64,000 nucleotides of DNA from Vicugna vicugna (Eukaryota). The translations under genes were made by a program, and so were the position numbers. The stretch spans positions 2,790,001 through 2,854,000 of the forward strand of contig MU058221.1 in the NCBI GenBank assembly GCA_013265495.1, written 5' to 3'. The notes beneath the pieces were generated by a model, which saw only the letters and a list, made by a program, of their open reading frames with translations, had not been told where the DNA came from and made no database searches. The first letter of the stretch is position 1, and each line of letters starts with the position of its first letter. Below, in pieces: positions 1-12,550 of this stretch.

Positions 1-1104
1 TCATCCGGCCATCTGGGGTTGTTTTTAGCAATTCACATTTTGCACAATGGACATCGCCACCACTGATTCTGATTCTGTCTAACTCCGTTCTCCATCACTC
101 GAAACATAGCAGCCACATCAAAGCAAACACTTCTGCATATAGTGGATTTTGTGGGGGCTGGAGATCATGCTTAGATGGTTTAGTGACCAAGGGACACACG
201 AATGCTCAGATCTTCCGTTGGCACAGACACCATGGTTCTGCTTGAAGTCTCCAAGCTTGTTAACGACACAAGAGACGATCACAAATGGAGAATTAAGAGT
301 TCTACTTTGTTACAAGCGGGGCTGTTGTTGCTCCACACTCTTGCCCCAGGGTCTCTGATAAACAAGACCACGTATTTTGAAATTGGTCAAGGCCATCAGA
401 GTAGAGAGAGAACATTTCCACCTCCCAGTACCACGGCCAGCGCCGTCGCCCCAGATCCGTCTGCCATGTGACAGAAAAAGAAATTATAGGGACATACTAG
501 AAATATACCAGCTTAAGTTGTGGAGCAAGAAGCAACAGAAAGGTCATCACTCTGGCTGATGTCTGAACCCTCCTGAATGCTCTGAGACACTGTCCATCAA
601 CCCAAGTGTTCCGAAGAGGATCGTGGAATCTGATCAGTCCTGTTAGCTGGAGCTCCTGGAGGGCAGATGCAGGTAATCAAGGCAGGTAGCAGGAGATAGA
701 GCTCCTGAGGGTTGCAACAGGGGGCGAGACCCTCCTGCTTTAACGGCTCAGTTTCCATAGGGCGAAAAATAATCTAATTATAGTAAAACTGAGAATCAGA
801 TATGCTAATTCTCTTTGTTAAGTTTTACTTGAGGAAGGATAATGAATAGGGAGGCATGAGGTTGAGAAAGAGATGGTGATTTAGGAGAGGGACGAGGAAG
901 CCCCAGAAAGCTCACGCTGGCTTAGGAATTGTGAGAAAGTAGGAAAAAGCCAATCGGAGGTTAAAATAAAGAGAACTCAGTAAAGACCCAGCTTTCTCCT
1001 GAGTCAAGTCTTTATACTTAAAATCTCATTTCTCCTGATAGTCTCATCCAACAGTGAAATGATCCGGAAGATACAGATGGACATTGATAGGGGAGATGAG
1101 AGCG

Positions 1105-1880
1105 TAAAAGCCAGAACATAGACGACGTGCGGGCTTTGATTTCAGACAGACTTGGTTTTGAATTATAAAGGGTAGAGTGAGGACCTTGCTCTGTTACGTG
1201 TTACTTAGTGTCCCTGAGCGTCTGTCCTATTGCCTGTAAAATGTGGATAATAGACTTGTTTAATAAGATTCTTCTGAGATTTTAATTATTTTTTTTTGAT
1301 TTATGGAAGTGTAGTTGATTTACAGTGTTAGTTTCAGGTGTAAAGCGATTCAGTTATACATATACAGATATATATACTTTCTTTTCAGATTCTTTTCCAT
1401 TCTGTGTTATTACAAGAAATTGAATATAGTTCCCTGTGCTCTGTAGTAGGTCCTTGTTTATCTATTTTATATATAGTAATGTATGTCTGTGAAACCCCAG
1501 CCCCTAATTTATCCCTCCCCACCCTTTGCTCTTTGGTAACCATAGTTTGTTTTCTACGTCCATGAGTCTGTTTTTGGTTTATAAATAGAATTTGTATCAT
1601 TTTTTTAGACTCTACATGTAAGTGATAGCATATGGTATTTGTCTTTCTCTGTCTGACTTACTTCACTCAACATGATCATCTCTAGGTTCATCCAGGTTGC
1701 TGCAAATGGCATTATTCCATTCTTTTTTACAGCTAAGTAATATTCCATTATATATATACACACATACCACATCCAGTCATCTGATGATGGACATTTAGGT
1801 TTTTTCAAGATTTCAGTTATTTAGTATTTGTAAAATAATGAGCATAACACCTGACATACATTAAGTACTCAATAAAGGAT
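1105..1880 (+). mobile_element. MIR SINE interrupted by an L1 fragment
   Basis: MIR core-like (ctttgatttcagacagacttgg...ctgtaaaatgtggataat) at about 1105-1285. MIR tail (taagtactcaataaa) resumes at about 1810-1880. Confidence 0.55.
1288..1806 (-). mobile_element. LINE-1 3' fragment (end of ORF2 plus 3' UTR)
   Basis: Minus-strand ORF 1605-1808 KPKCPSSDDW...MEYYLAVKKNGIMPFAATWMNLEMIMLSEVSQTEKDKYHM is the L1 ORF2 C-terminus. T-rich tail on the left. Imperfect TSD agattttaattattt / agatttcagttattt. Confidence 0.9.
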
Positions 1881-4800
1881 GACTCTGAAAATTGTCATCC
1901 TTTGGAAGAGAAATCTTTCCTAATCACAGGCTGGTGACAGCAGAAAAGTACGCAAGAGTACGAAGCCCCCTATTTTAAAAATACCTCGTAGATTCTGTTT
2001 ACTCCTCTCAAAATGTTGAAAATAGGGAAGTTAAGCTGAGAGTCTTTTGAGCCAGTGTTGGCATAACACAAAACTAATTCATCTCTCAAGTCAATTCATC
2101 TTCAAAATTAAGTTAAAACCAGCATTTTTCCATCGATGGCAAAGGGCAAGTTTGAGTCATTCACCCAAACATTCATCAGTTCAAAGTCAGTCTGATTGAC
2201 TGATTGCAGCTTAGTGTTGATAGAATCCAGCAGCCATTGACTTGCCTTCTCAAAGACTAAGGCATATGGGACAACAACCCTTATCTTGTAATCTTTTAAT
2301 CACCATCTTGGCAAAATGGCGTGCTTAGTCCCACCTCCCACGAGGAAGAATACAGTCACATTGTGCTTCCATTTCCTGCATGTCACTGACATCAGACATC
2401 AAGTCAGTGAAGACAGGTGGAAACAGAAGTCAGGTGGCACCTGTCTACACCATCTATGGTTTCTTCACTCAGTAGGTGGAAGGACCGTGGTCTTTACTGA
2501 AAGGTTTTTCAGAGTGAATTATGAGTATGGGCCAGGATAGTAACAACAAGGTGCCCCTGTAATCCAGTCCCTGCTGATTTGCCTTTTGAGACCTGTCGTG
2601 TGGGCACTACTTACTGAGTCAGCCTATTTAAGCCTATAATTAAATGATGACAAATCAGAGACATAGAATTACGGCTGTAAGTTGGAAATAAGCGGGTGCA
2701 TTGAATTGCTGAGATCACAGATGGTGGAACTTGTGACCAGAGAAGTGTGTTAACTTGGTCAAAACTCTGAGGGAGGCAAACGTGGTCTTTGACAAAGGCA
2801 GGGGCTCTTTGCAGCAGCCAGTCCTCCCCTGTTAATTCGTGTTTTCATTCAGAGAAATTCATCTCTGAAAATGGTAAATTAATGTAAAAGGAGTTTCGGG
2901 TGAGGGAAAAGAGTCTACTGTCCACTCCAGCATTGCTCTCAGATTCTGAACTTGGTGTGTTTGTTTTCTTCGTGGGACCCTGTCTGCTGCTTGTCTACAA
3001 GACTTGAGGAGAGAGGGGGTTGGGGGGGTGGGAAGAATGAGAATAATTGTTCTCTCTTCTGATAAAATGTAGAAATGATCAGACCCTTTGATCCTAAACG
3101 TGACATCTTATAAAGTCTTTCTTCACAGGCTGATATAGGTAAATTGGTCAGCATCAACTCTTGGACACTTAACCTTGGTGATAAAATATGTCATTTGGAG
3201 TCGCACAAACTTGATTTTAAGCATGGGCTTGGCTGAGCTGTGTGGCTTTGGGGTAACTTTCTTAGCCTCTCCATGCCTCCTCTCCATGTGTATGTGTGTG
3301 TATATCCACACACAGCAGCCTAGTATGTAATGTCATTAGAAGAACTGCATGATGAAATACATCACGAAAGTTATTATATAATGTTAAGTTGATGAAGAAG
3401 GTGATGCTTGTAGCATAAGGTACATTCCTTAGAGGGCCGACCAATAATTTAGCCTGAAAGAGCTGGATAATTTCGACCATCGTGAAAGTTTTTACTTGAA
3501 TTAATGGAGCAATAACCTCAATTGTCCAGCTCACCTCACAGCTGAGACAGGTGAAGGTGACCCACACCTTAATTACTTGCGTTTATTGTCCTGCTTTAAA
3601 ACCAAGTGAGTAGAAACGGGCACGTTGAATTTTAACCCTTTTAATCATTATTTATAAACGTTCGTGTACTTGAAGCCTTAACGTTAGACTCTTGCTCTGT
3701 GCTTAAGAAACTAACCCTTGTCAGTTTGCAGATCTGTAGACTTCAAAAGTCATTTTTCATTTTGAGATTGGAAAATACAATCATTTTGCGACTGGCAAAA
3801 AAGCTCTTTGAAATTTAGATTGAAGACACGATTCTGGGCTGGTTCGTTCTTGGCTTGTGTCAGTAATCTGCATTTTCATTTAATAAGTAAAGTTTAGAAC
3901 AATCTTCCCCAAATAATTGGACGTTCAGGAGGAAGGCTGGCAGCCTCGGGTGGAGGTGCTCAGAAACTGTGGATTCAAGTCTCTGATGCCACCAACTTGG
4001 GCCCCAGGTCAGCAATCTGGACAGCTGTGCTCGGCTCCACGGCAAACAGCAGAAAACCCCAGACCGCCCCAGGTCATCACATCACACACGGAAAAGTGGA
4101 TTTGTTCTCTTCCCCCCACCCCGGCCATGAAAATCATTTTGTCCTCATGTTGCCTTAGTCTGAGGGAATGAAAAATTGCATGCTATGTATTTTGCAATCA
4201 ACTTGATTTCAATGTAGCCGGCCTCTAAGTTTCTTCTTTTTTCCTAGCTAGATCGGCTTTACTGTGTTAACATTTCAAACTGCTGAGTTCCATTGATAAG
4301 ACCTAATTAAAACTCATGTGTTGAATTTTAATTTGATTAACTTGCAAATTTCACAGTTTGTGATCGACTGTTTATAGATAACCTTTTTTTAAATTCCAGT
4401 TTGAGAAAAGGTCAATGATGAATTTTTAAAAGCCAAGAGCATTTTAAGAATATTTAGGGAACGACTTCAGCTCATGGGGAGCAGACAGAAGCGGAAGCAA
4501 ACGGAACGACTCTTAACACACGAGTCACACGCCATTAAGTGCCTTATGCGGGTCGAGCACCCCTTAGAGTCAAAGTAACGTCTTCCCTTGCCAGTCCGCT
4601 TGGAAGGGGCCAGTGTTTCCTCAGACGTGTGCCCTTAGAAAATGTTTGTCCGTTCTGGTAACTCCTCTCAAACCACGTCAATGCAGTGAGTGGACAAATG
4701 CCTAAGCAGTCACTCCAAAGGTATTTATTTAACGTCTACGCTGTGCAGGATGAGGCCTCTGCCCTCAGGAAGCTCAGAGAAAAGACAGGGCATTAATAGA

Positions 4801-5687
4801 AATTAGAGGGTCCCAGCAAGGCAGTTAATCTTCCAATGCTAGGCTGCGCAACTGAAACTCCACACGACGCAGTTGGCAGACACGTGTACGCCCTTCAGTG
4901 CACAAATTAACCCTCCTGGGACAATGGTAGGTCTGTCGCTTCCTGTCTGGAGGTTGAATGTAGAGTCTGGAGGTCTGCCAGGCAGTTTTGTAGATTCTTT
5001 TTACAGAGAAACACCTAATGGATGCTTTAAACGATGCTGGTTAGGACATGTGGGGTCTAAGTAAAACACAATTGTCAGTTTTGTATGAGGTGACAGATGA
5101 ACCTAAGACAGCGGTGGAGCACCAGACAGGGATGCTTCAGGAACCTTTTGCAAATCCAGAGCTATCTCACATGCATTGGAACAGCTGCCTTGGAATTAGT
5201 ACCGGATTGCGTATGTGGGTTTATAACAGACCCTTTGGGGCATTAACTATCTTTTCAAATACAGTTTTTAAAAGTACTTTAAAATATTTTTCAAATGATG
5301 GTATTTTAAATACTGAACTATTGAATTTGCACCAGTCTGGCTTTTAAAATATGGATTGTAATTTTTGTACACGCACGTATACATGCACACACATACTTGT
5401 GCACATGCGTATATGCATCAATCACTCTTACATAAAGTCACACACACGTGCATGGGATTTAGCAGACGTGGCTGTCTGTGTAAGAGGAAGCATCCTGGCA
5501 GCTGCTAGTCCGCGGACGCCTTTATGCAAATCAAACAAAGGCATCCCTTGCCCTGGTGGATGAGGCCTCGTCTGCAGGATGCTCAGTCTGGCGGAGGGGC
5601 CTGCAGTTTCAGCGGCCTTTGCCCCACTGGGCGGGGGCCACTGTGCAGTGTCTAACCTGCACGGCCATACCTGGTGACGCAGGTGTG

Positions 5688-5915
5688 CACAGTGGTTAAG
5701 CGTGGTGTTAGCTGACCTGGGTTTGAATCCTATTCTGACAGCTTATTAGTCATGTGCTAGTAGGAATTTAATTAACTTCTTTGGGTCTTGGACTTATCAT
5801 TAGTAAAACAGGGCTAGTCACAGTATTAATCTTGTAGAAAAATGAACTAGATTAAATTTTTGACGTCCGTAAGTCTCTTCGCGCAATCCCCAGTGTACAT
5901 GCGTGTGCTCGAGGA
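5688..5915 (+). mobile_element. MIR SINE
   Basis: cagtggttaagcg...gacctgggtttgaatcctattctgacagcttattagtcatgtg matches the MIR core. Confidence 0.65.
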
Positions 5916-6332
5916 ACCTTACCCATTTATAGTCACACAGTCTCTGGGCCCATCCCTTCCCTTCGATGGCAACTAACTAATAAGCTTACTTAGTTGGAAG
6001 GAAAAAAAAAAACTAATACAGAAATAATGTTAATCTAATGTTAATAATAATCCCACACACGCTTAATGTAACTGTTTTTCGGACAAACACATAACACATT
6101 TATTATTTCATTTGCATTCCACTGTTAACGTCTCGAGGTCATTGTTTACTTCTGTTACATTATAGAAAGTTAAGGATCTGATCCAGGAGCAACAAGGTCC
6201 CAGCCCTTGTCAGTGACAGAGCCTTGCTGAGCCCAGTTTTTCTGGGGTTATAGCCACCGATATTTCTATTCGATACCAGCCACCTCTCCTTCGAACAATT
6301 CACTCACCTTGCAAGGGTAGAAAGCAGTTTTT

Positions 6333-6600
6333 GTTTTTCAGATCTTTACTTATTAGTATGTTTTTCTGAAGTATAGTCAGTTTACAGTGTTGTGTCAATG
6401 TCTGGTGTACAGCACAGTGCTTCAGTCATACATACACATACATATATTCCTTTTCATATTCTTTTTCATTATAGGTTACCATAAGATATTGCATACAGTT
6501 CCCTGTGCTACACAGTAGAAACTTGGTGTTTATCTATTTTATATTTAGTAGTATCTGCCATCTCAAATCCCCAATTCATCCCTTCCCACCCCCTTCCCCC
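6333..6600 (-). mobile_element. LINE-1 3' UTR fragment
   Basis: gaagtatagtcagtttacagtgttgtgtcaat... is shared with the L1 ends at 1288 and 11141. Imperfect flanking repeat tagaaagcagtttt / tagaagccgtttt. Confidence 0.8.
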
Positions 6601-6843
6601 TAGAAGCCGTTTTCATGTGTTATTTTACTGTCCTTTGCAAAAGGTGTAGCCACCCCAGATCATGCTCTCCTGGGCTCTCTTCTGGAGAATACGGGTCCCA
6701 GAACCAGAGGGGTGCCAGCGTTGACACACTGATGCACATGCTCCTTTTAATGAAGCAGGTTGCAAATGGTCCTGTGAGGATGCAATGAGGTGACGTCAAA
6801 CATTTCGCTCAGGGCCTGCGACACAAATGGTGTTTAATAAATA

Positions 6844-7613
6844 CAGTTGATTCTCTTTATTCATGGCCTCTCTGTCCTGTAAAGTCACCGCGAATGCTTC
6901 ATTAGCAACTACTGAATCGTTGCTTCCAGGGGAAATACAGGGGTAGGTGCCTGAGAGCTGCCAGTCTTAACGTTTCCTTCCGCCAATCAACACATAATCT
7001 TGTTTAATAAGTGTTTCTATCTAGATGCTTTATTTGATAGTTTGGGTTCATTAACCTTGAACTCACAGCCGAGAACCCTTAAACTCATGCTTGAACGAAG
7101 TTTATCTAACACGCGGATTTTCTCCATCAGGTGCATCGCAGCCTTCTTGTGCTTAGAGACACTAGACGGCACACTTCAGCACTATGAATGTTAATTGGGC
7201 CACGTTAAACAGCAAAATCACCAACAAAAAGTACAAAGATGTGACTGAGTGGGTATAGCTCAGGGATAGAGCACGTGCTTAGCACGCACAAGGCCCTGGG
7301 TTCAATCCCCGATACCTTCATTAAAAAAATAAAATTATTTTTTAAAGAAAAGTACAAAGATGTGGAAAACGTGGTATCAAATGGACTGCAGAAAGGACTC
7401 TTGCTTATAGTATGAGTGCTGGAACAAGAAGGCGGAGAAATCCTTGTTCAGGTTCATCTGGGAACGAGGATGTCCAATGACTCAAATTTGGGGCAGCTCT
7501 GCGCACGTCTGTGAATGACTGAAAGCATCACAAACATTGATTAGGGGGTTTCAAATAAATTTAGAGAGTAAACAAATTTGCAAAAAAAATCTATGAATAG
7601 TGAGAATCAACTA
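6844..7613 (-). mobile_element. MER82-like Tigger (Tc1/mariner) non-autonomous DNA transposon
   Basis: TA|cagttgattctc ... gagaatcaacta|TA gives terminal inverted repeats with TA flanks. The interior matches the recalled MER82 consensus (gccttcttgtgcttag..cactagac..cacttcagcacta, aaacagcaaaatcaccaacaaaaag). Confidence 0.75.
7244..7347 (+). mobile_element. Short tRNA-Ala-like SINE (camelid Vic-1-like) nested in MER82
   Basis: gggtatagctcagggatagagc (A box), ggttcaatccc (B box) and an A-rich tail. Perfect 17-bp TSD aaaagtacaaagatgtg at 7227-7243 and 7348-7364. Confidence 0.85.
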
Positions 7614-8130
7614 TAGTTCTTTCTTTTCTACAACCCCTTAGCTAGCAACTAATGAAAATCAACCTTTGCTTCCTAGTCCGTTATCTTAGTTCCATCACAA
7701 CTTCTCTGCCTACATAATTCTAGGCTCTACAGGGAGCCATGGTCGCCCCAGGATTTGCACAGCGGAGGGCTGGGAGTAGGTATGCCATTCCTGAAGTGCC
7801 CTGGGTAGGGGATTTTTGTTTGGCAGCTAACCATGGACGACTCCATTAACACGCATAGACCGTCTCCCCACCCTCCTTGGGGTGCTCAGATACTGTTTAA
7901 AATTACTTTCCCTTCCCAGAGACAAAAGGCCTTTTTTTCCCTTTCTCCCTTCCCTGAACAGATTTGAGTGTTGAAAGAGGTGCCCTCTTTCATCTGGTAA
8001 AAGTTTCCCGAGACCAAATATAAAAATTGTCAGGAATAGATTCTTTTGAACAAACATATGTCATCAAAGCGACAGAGAAGCTCTGTGACTGTGAATGTGC
8101 ACATACTTTTGGATTCCTGCTTTTTTTTTT

Positions 8131-8970
8131 TTTTGGTATGTGGGAATGAGGACAGGGAATTTGGGGACCCTGCTGGTCTTTTCTGGGGATGGAGAAAACG
8201 TACTCTCCAGAATGGTGGGACAGCCTAGAGCCTTGTCAGGGTCTGGCTTTGCCATTAACCGGAGGAGGCAGAGTCTGCCTCCCGCCTGGGCTCCCTTTGT
8301 CACCAGGGGTCACACCTCTTCTGTAACCCGCGCAGGCCATCATGGCACAGCTGCCGCAGGAGGAGAAGGCAAAGATCGCCGAGCAGGTGGAGATTTTCCA
8401 CCAAGAGAAGAGCAAGCTGGACGCGGAAGTGGCCAAGTGGGACGACAGTGGCAATGACATCATCGTGCTGGCCAAGCAGATGTGCATGATCATGATGGAG
8501 ATGACAGACTTCACCCGGTAAGCAGTGCCGGGGCCCCACTACCTGCACAGAGGGGAGGCCCTCCTCTCCACAGGTCACCTCTGTATTTTGGTATGTGGGA
8601 ATGAGGACAGGGAATTTGGGGACCCTGCTGGTCTTTTCTGGGGATGGAGAAAACGTACTCTCCAGAATGGTGGGACAGCCTAGAGCCTTGTCAGGGTCTG
8701 GCTTTGCCATTAACCGGAGGAGGCAGAGTCTGCCTCCCGCCTGGGCTCCCTTTGTCACCAGGGGTCACACCTCTTCTGTAACCCGCGCAGGCCATCATGG
8801 CACAGCTGCCGCAGGAGGAGAAGGCAAAGATCGCCGAGCAGGTGGAGATTTTCCACCAAGAGAAGAGCAAGCTGGACGCGGAAGTGGCCAAGTGGGACGA
8901 CAGTGGCAATGACATCATCGTGCTGGCCAAGCAGATGTGCATGATCATGATGGAGATGACAGACTTCACC
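8131..8970. repeat. Direct duplication: two 385-bp copies separated by a 70-bp unique spacer
   Basis: 8131-8515 equals 8586-8970 by eye, no mismatch seen. Spacer is 8516-8585. Confidence 0.95.
8336..8517 (+). CDS. CTNNA2: Duplicate copy of the same CTNNA2 exon with a different donor (possibly an assembly artefact)
   Basis: Identical to 8791-8970 at offset 455, but ends ACC CG|gtaagc instead of ACC AG|gtgagg. The ORF track shows identical ORFs 455 nt apart. Confidence 0.45.
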
Positions 8971-8972
8971 AG
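8791..8972 (+). CDS. CTNNA2: CTNNA2 internal coding exon (182 nt), probable authentic copy
   Basis: cgcag|GCC...ACC AG|gtgagg. Translates AIMAQLPQEEKAKIAEQVEIFHQEKSKLDAEVAKWDDSGNDIIVLAKQMCMIMMEMTDFT(R), the start of the alpha-catenin C-terminal actin-binding region. 'VEIFHQEK' is alpha-N type. The phase-2 end matches the next exon. Confidence 0.95.
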
Positions 8973-9399
8973 GTGAGGCCTGGAGACAGGGAGGCAGAGG
9001 TCTTCTTGTTAAAAGTAACAGAAGCGTGGCAGCACCTGTTCGCATGTGAAATGCCTGCTGAGAAATTAAAACACTACAGTTCAAGCGAGGGGGTGGTATT
9101 ATAGCCTGGACGTGGGTAAGTCCAGATCATCTGGACCAGATTCTTAGCAGCTCGGTCCTTTTGGTCAAAAAGAACAGATTCATCTTTGTAATTATCATTG
9201 TTTTAATTATCTATCTCAGGCTGATCATACAATCAAACCCCTGGGTCTTGGGTGACTCATTTTTGGTCTATGCTGTTTTATAGTCTGTTTAACTATTACT
9301 CTGAAGATAAGATGAATGATTTGCTGCTGTCTCTTTGGAGAATATATGCATCACATATATGTGTGTGGGCATGTAGACATGTTCTGTCCATATCATATA

Positions 9400-9630
9400 A
9401 TTACATTCTATATGAAATATAGAATATAATATAATTACAAATAAAATCTATATTATTTTAAATAAATTTATTTAAAAACTAATATTTTAGTTTCAATATT
9501 TTAATTTAAATATTAATTTAATAATCAATAATACAAATAAATACTATTTTAAAATAAAATGTAAGTAAAATATAATATAATTATAAATAAAATAGATATA
9601 CATGTATAATTGCAATATATATTTTATGTA
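9400..9630. repeat. AT-rich low-complexity tract
   Basis: About 230 bp of almost only A and T. Confidence 0.8.
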
Positions 9631-11140
9631 ACATAGGTCATGATCCAGCATACACTTCAGCTCATATTTTACCCTTACATGCAAAGAAGCAGGTTCAACA
9701 GTCTGATTCTATAGTTCTGACAGGGAAATGAAACATTGCATAAGTTCTAGTCCCTTTTGCTCTGAGCAGTGCTTTTAATAAATCAAGAGACAGTTAGAAT
9801 TTTGTCAGGAGCCCTTCTCTTCACCCGGGGTCACTGCTGGGTCTGCGTTGGATTTGCAGTCTCCTCTTTAAGGGGAGTGACCTGGCTGTCCTTCCTGTCA
9901 CACAAAGGGCAAGCCAAGGGACAGCAAAGCTCAATGAAAAGAGCCCTGGATTTTTCATCCAAATACCAGGTGATTTTGGATCCGTCTTTTACTGTCTTTA
10001 TATGTGAAGTGAGGAAATAGAGAGTCTTCTTGTCAGCGTCACAGGAGAGTTGGGAAACTTTAAAAATTCAAAAAGGTAATGTTGGTGTAAATTATGCTGC
10101 CATCCGAATGAAAACTATCATTTTACTGTAGATTTTTTTTTCTGGGAAACAGACACACAGACACACATGAGCAAAGATGTCCTTAATAATTCAACATGGT
10201 GTTTGTTATTAAAGCTATATAAGATATGTGGCAATGTCAAGACACTACCTTGGGGTGGTGATTTTTTAATGATTCTTGATTGTTTTTAATAAGAAAGGGC
10301 TACAACTGATTATAGGTTATAATAAAGTATAAAGTGTCCCTTTCTCAGCCCCCCTCCCTTTCCCCCTGGCCAGTGTGTACTCATGACATGGCTTGGCCCT
10401 TTCTCCAAGTATTTTAAAATTGTTTTTGACTTAAGTGGAATGACTTGAATGTTATGAGGGTGACCTTCGAGATTCTAAATGTCATTGTATTCATTAGAAG
10501 TTCAAATTTGTACATTTGGCTAGTCTTCATCGGCATCACTGATTTATTTCACATAAAAAATTATAGTAGGAAGACGCAGTCTGAGCCATTATTTAAGTCT
10601 GAACTTTCTACAATCCAGACTATCATGGTAGCCTCACTCATTGCTCTTCAAGTCCTGTGATGACTTAATTTGCTGCCTTTTAACATTGTATCAGTGCTTT
10701 ATCTGATGGATATTATGCAATTCACTAATAACATCGCTTGAACAGATAATCTCATCAATTTAAAGAGAATGATGAGTCTCGTCAGGTTGCTGGTTTAGAT
10801 CAGGGAAACATTTCCTAACACTCAAGATTCTGCATCACTGTGCCAAGGGAGAGGGATGTTTGCGGGGGTCTCGTTAAATGATATTAAGTAAGACAGACTT
10901 TCTATTAATCAAAGTACAGTTTTGAACGTGAAAAGAAGGCCACTTCAATTCCCGAGGGATCTCAGATAATCATTTGATGCTGATTTGAATAATGAAATGT
11001 CTGGAATGCCATTGGTTATCATTTTTTCCCCCACTGCCTGATGAGTAGGTTTGTGCTCCTTTGTGAAGGCAAAGGGAGGGGTATAGATATTAGTAACCAG
11101 GGAAACAGAAGAGGGTATGAGATGGAAATGGACCATTTGC

Positions 11141-11735
11141 TTTCTTTTTTTTTAAATTGAAGTATAGCCAGTTTACAATGTTGTGTCAATTTCTGGTGAG
11201 CAGCGTAATGTTTCAGTCATACATAGACATACGTACATTCATTTTCAGATTCTCTTTTGTTATAGGTCACTACAAGGCATTGAATACAGCTCCCTGTATT
11301 ATACAGAAGAAACTTGTCATTTGTCTATTTTATGTATAGTAGTTAGTATCTGCAAATCTCAAACTTCCAAATTTATCCCTTCCACCCCATTTCCCCAGTA
11401 ACCATAAGATTGTTTACTGTGTGTTTCTGTTTTGTAGATGAGTTCATTAGTGTCCTCTTTTTTCTCTTTTTAGATTCTATATATGAGTGATATCATATGG
11501 TATTTTTCTTTCTCTTTCTGGCTTACTTCACTTAGAATGATGATCTCTAGGTCCATCTGTGTTGCTGCAAATGGCATTATTTTATTCTTTTTATGGCTGA
11601 GTAGTATTCCATTATATAAATATACCACAACTTCTTTATCCAGTCATCTGTGGATGGACATTTAGGTTGCTTCCATGTCTTGGCTATTGTAAATAGTGCT
11701 GCTGTGAACACTGGGGTGCATGTGCCTTTTCAAAT
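11141..11735 (-). mobile_element. LINE-1 3' fragment
   Basis: Poly-T, then L1 3' UTR and the reverse complement of the ORF2 end (ggcttacttcacttagaatgatgatctctaggtccatc...ggacatttaggttgcttccatgtcttggc). Confidence 0.9.
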
Positions 11736-12507
11736 TTGCAAGGAAATGGAGGTTTTGATGGAACACAGGAAGTGGAGGTTTAGATGGGACACAGGAGGTG
11801 GAGGTTTTGCTGCTGCCTCCACCTGCAGAGCCTCTTCCTTTGCAAAGAGGGAGCTGATTTGAGCCTTTCATGGTGCCTCTCACCTGAGTTCACCGCACTT
11901 GACCACATGCATTATTATTATTGCCCTTGCATTTTCCACTTTAAGGAGGGGTAATTTCAGCTCTGGACCTCTAATGACTCTTGTGTACTCTTTTTGCTTA
12001 TTTAAAGGAAAGTATAGAGCTGAGTAGGAGTTGCAACTTGCCTGCTCTCCTCACATCATATGTTTAAAGGGTATTTGAGTGCAAAAAAAAGCACAAACCT
12101 TGGCACTTCTTATCTTGTTGTTTTATTCTTATAGTAGCTAATTCATTAATTTGATTCAGTAATCTCAATGATACCCACTCCATTATCATTAATTTGCCTC
12201 ATTATTTGTGTAATAACTTCTTCATGGAGGATAAACCTGATTATGCCTCCTGTCTTTTTCCTGTTCAGTTCTTGACTTCCATCTCCTGGGCAATCGCAGA
12301 AGCTGTGTCCGGCAAAGGGTGAATCTATATTTCTCATGTCACTTGCAGAAAGAAATAGCTTGTGCCAGTCTTGTACCCCGATAACAAAAGCCGTGCAGAG
12401 GACAGCAGGTCAGGAAAGACACCAGTGCTTAATTGTATAGCAAGGGACAAAGCTGTCTTTTGAGAGCAACTGTCACTTCCGGTCTTGAAAGGAACTGGGT
12501 TCAGCGT

Positions 12508-12550
12508 TAAAAACAAAAACAAAAACAAAAACAAAAAACCAAACAAAAAA
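12508..12550. repeat. (CAAAAA)n simple repeat
   Basis: aaaaacaaaaacaaaaacaaaaacaaaaaaccaaacaaaaaa. Confidence 0.8.

Noticed and set aside
1..8130. Preceding CTNNA2 exon (ending ...LIAGQSAR) and the nested LRRTM1 gene
   Set aside because: I found no matching sequence. Both should lie upstream of this window.
8236..9084. Minus-strand ORFs (92, 152, 92 and 109 aa) over the duplicated exon
   Set aside because: Antisense shadows of a GC-rich coding exon. They repeat only because of the duplication.
10780..10970. Possible CR1/L3 3'-end fragment (a similar one near 57000-57130)
   Set aside because: Only a short resemblance (ggaaacatttcctaac), too weak to call without a search.
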